Shown here: in pieces, positions 61,478-64,000 of the stretch | Numbering within the stretch: position 1 is the stretch's first letter | Layout of the letters: the number at the start of each line of letters is the position of its first letter | Notes under the pieces: model-generated | What the model was told of the DNA's origin: nothing | Databases searched by the model: none | What the model saw: only the letters and a program-made list of their open reading frames with translations | Source: Schizochytrium sp. TIO01 | Lineage: Eukaryota; Protista; Bigyra: Labyrinthulomycetes | Length of the DNA: 64,000 nucleotides | NCBI GenBank assembly: GCA_004764695.1 | Contig: SMSO01000004.1 | Span: 1,488,001 to 1,552,000 of the forward strand | Direction: 5' to 3' | Made by a program: the position numbers and the translations under genes

Positions 61478-62708
61478 ATGAAGGAAACAATCAAGACAGC
61501 GATTACGGAGAAACTTGGGATCAAGGTGCCCATCCTCCTTGCAGGAATGAGCGGCGTGAGCCACGGAGAATTGGCAGCTGCAGTATCCAACGCAGGTGGT
61601 AAGTTGATTTGAAGAACATGGAGCAGCCAGGCTGCAGCATAGTATATTATTATATATGCGCATGCAAACTTTGATTGTTTTGTGCAAAGGAGATGCTGAG
61701 AGACTGACCCTTTTCATAATTTTCTCATAATCGTGAAACATTTAAAAATTATCATCGCTTTCTACAGGTTTGGGTGTGATTGGCGGTTTGACACTATCTC
61801 CTAAGGTCTTAAAGAAGGAGATCGACGACCTCAAGGCACACCTCAAGGACCCGAACTTGCCCTTTGGCGTCGATCTTGCTATTCCCCAGGTTGGTGGCAA
61901 TGCCCGGAAAACAAATCATGACTACACTCATGGCAAGCTTCCCGAACTCATTGATATCATCATTGCTGAGAAGGCCAGTCTCTTTGTTTGCGCAGTCGGT
62001 GTGCCGCCCAAGTGGGCTGCTGACAAGCTTCATGCCGCCGGAATTCCAATTATGAATATGGTTGGCGCACCAAAGCATGTTGACAAGGCTATTGCAAGCG
62101 GTGCAGATTTGATTTGCGCTCAAGGTACAGAAGCTGGTGGTCACACTGGAGAGATCGGCACGTTGGCTCTCATTCCGCAATGCGTCGAACGGTGCAAGGG
62201 TCACAAGTCCCAACTCGATGGTAGCCCAATCCTTGTGGTGGGTGCAGGAGGCATTGTCAATGGTGCTGGTATTGCTGCCTCTCTGGCGCTTGGCGCAGAG
62301 GCTGTTTGGGTAGGCACTCGCTTTGTGGCAAGTACAGAAAGTCACGCCAGCGACCGGCACAAAGCACGTGTTGTTGAGATTGGAGCTCTCGATACCACCC
62401 GTACCCTTATTTACTCTGGGCGTCCACTCCGTGCATACCAGTCTTCGTATGTTCGTGATTGGCACACAAAGCGCAAGGAGCAGATCGACGAACTGTGCGA
62501 GAAAGGTGTCATCCCTTTCAGTTATGACTTAAAGCAAGCTGAAAAGAATGGCGAGCATTTTGATCTTGCTGGTAACTTTCCTCAGCTCATTGGCCAAGGT
62601 TGCGGCCTTATTAAAGACGTCAAGCCTGCAGGTGAGATCGTGGAGGAAATGATGAACGAAGCTTTGGAGATTCTGCGCAAGTCCCCTTCCCGTATTGCAA
62701 AGCTCTAA
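61478..62708 (+). CDS. Nitronate monooxygenase / 2-nitropropane dioxygenase / FabK-like FMN oxidoreductase; exons 61478-61598 and 61768-62708
   Basis: TAITEKLGIKVPILLAGM..ELAAAVSNAGGLGVIG, PFGVDL, QGTEAGGHTG, VVGAGGI..GAEAVWVGTRF, GQGCGLIKDVKPAGEIV; phase-1 intron GTAAGT..TACAG (61599-61767). Confidence 0.93.
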
Positions 62709-62932
62709 CTGATCTATTTTCACACGCAGAGTAAATTTATTTCATATATATTTTTCGCTTGTTTTCTTGTCTAAAGGAAGATCCCACCAAGGCCCCATAC
62801 TTCATAGTATCTTTTCAACTGAGTTTGGTACAAGGACAAATAAATTTCGCCAATTCAATCATCCGAGTAGCGCAGCATAATAAGAGATAAAAACAGGCTG
62901 AAGTATGTTTGATTAGAGCTAATAAGGTGGAT

Positions 62933-63820
62933 CTATAACAAGCGGCGTTTCTTGGCGGTGTTTGTGTATGTATGACGGACCCATTCGGTCTCTGCGTTGC
63001 GATCGTCGACAGTGCCGAGTTTAATCTGAAAGAGCTGCATCTCGAATCGAGGTCCAACTTCGCTGAGCTCGACCTGTTCCTTGTCTGTTGTGTTTGCCTC
63101 GCCTCCAATCTTCTTGAATGTGTGGTGTCGAAAGGAAATAAAGTCACGGTTGTTACTGAAAGTCAAAACGCGGGTGGACTCAGGTTTGGGCACAGGGAAA
63201 AGGTATTTGAGAATATTGGTAACACGGTCTCCGAGCGCAGTGCTAAAGTTGTCGAAGATCAGGTGCGGGTAAGCTTCGGACATAGTGCCGCAGTCCTCAA
63301 TGTCATGGCGCATGACAGCATTAGTGAGCGAAAAAGTTGCGGTAGGTCCATAGGGAAGATGGCAAACCACGAGGGCATCAGGCTCACCACGGTGCTCCTG
63401 GACAAAGACAATGTCAGTGAAGTCGTTTGCACGGCAGGTATCTACAAGTTCTCCGAGCTTGACATTACCACGGTTAATACGCTGCGAATTCGGGAAGAGA
63501 AGTCGCACCTCTTTTGCGAATTGCTTAAGGCGCGAACTTGGGTCCATAGATGTAGTGACGCAGATTTTGGGGTCGCGAACTCCGGCACTCGCGTACTCGT
63601 CGTCGATGTGGCTCTTAGGCTTGATGGTATGTTCATCATCGCGGTCAAGCTCTGCTCGAAGCTCTCCTTCCTCCGCGCGAAGCTCGGTGGGAATCGGCTT
63701 GCCCTCCGCAAGAGCATCGCGAATCTGACGCTTCTTCTCGTACTGCTCACGCTCCTTGCCCTCCAAGGACTTGCGATACAGGTACTCCTTGCGGAGGCGA
63801 ATGTGCTTCCGCATCGACAT
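62933..63820 (-). CDS. IMP4: U3 snoRNP protein IMP4 (Brix domain)
   Basis: RLRKEYLYRKS, GKPIPTELR, IDDEYA..DPKICVTTS.DPSSRLKQFAKE, EHRGEPDAL, HLPYGPTA, ELSEVGPRFEM. Confidence 0.97.
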   Translation of the reverse strand: MSMRKHIRLRKEYLYRKSLEGKEREQYEKKRQIRDALAEGKPIPTELRAEEGELRAELDRDDEHTIKPKSHIDDEYASAGVRDPKICVTTSMDPSSRLKQFAKEVRLLFPNSQRINRGNVKLGELVDTCRANDFTDIVFVQEHRGEPDALVVCHLPYGPTATFSLTNAVMRHDIEDCGTMSEAYPHLIFDNFSTALGDRVTNILKYLFPVPKPESTRVLTFSNNRDFISFRHHTFKKIGGEANTTDKEQVELSEVGPRFEMQLFQIKLGTVDDRNAETEWVRHTYTNTAKKRRLL

Positions 63821-64000
63821 CGTCTTGAACCACTACGCAGCACCACAAAACACCGCAAGGGAGTCGACACTAACCAGGAATTGGCAAGCCTCTGCGACGA
63901 GTTTGCCGCGAGTTCTAAAGGAGCGCTTCGTCCACCACCAACAATAAACTACTCGTCAACAGAAGAGGCCTAAGAGCCAATTTGGGCCCTTTTAAGAATA

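Noticed and set aside
61809-62465. 218-aa minus-strand ORF
   Set aside because: Antisense shadow of the nitronate monooxygenase gene.
62972-63973. 333-aa plus-strand ORF
   Set aside because: Antisense shadow of the highly conserved IMP4 CDS; no recognisable domain.

Overview
Eukaryotic nuclear DNA: intron-poor, GT-AG introns, a flagellar gene and abundant tetranucleotide microsatellites. The style suggests a flagellated stramenopile protist such as a thraustochytrid/labyrinthulomycete (inference only). Two gene-dense flanks enclose an apparently gene-free stretch of about 40 kb. Left flank: TOM1-like VHS-GAT adaptor; GNAT acetyltransferase fused to a myo-inositol-oxygenase-like domain lacking its iron ligands; an 11-WW/4-IQ/ankyrin scaffold; a calcyphosin-like EF-hand protein with a ribosomal bL9 N-terminal domain; a CREB/ATF-type bZIP factor. 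Right flank: secreted ML/NPC2-like protein, RSPH9, ataxin-3, a nitronate monooxygenase-family flavoenzyme and IMP4. The gap (about 15.4-55.4 kb) lies 5' of both the bZIP gene and the ML gene. It carries clustered, orientation-biased CRE/MARE-like motifs (ACGTCAGCA), dense tetranucleotide repeats and recurring AT-rich islands, consistent with a very large, possibly autoregulatory, cis-regulatory domain. No tRNA, rRNA, CRISPR array or intact transposon was recognised. All family assignments come from motif recognition by eye, not database searches.
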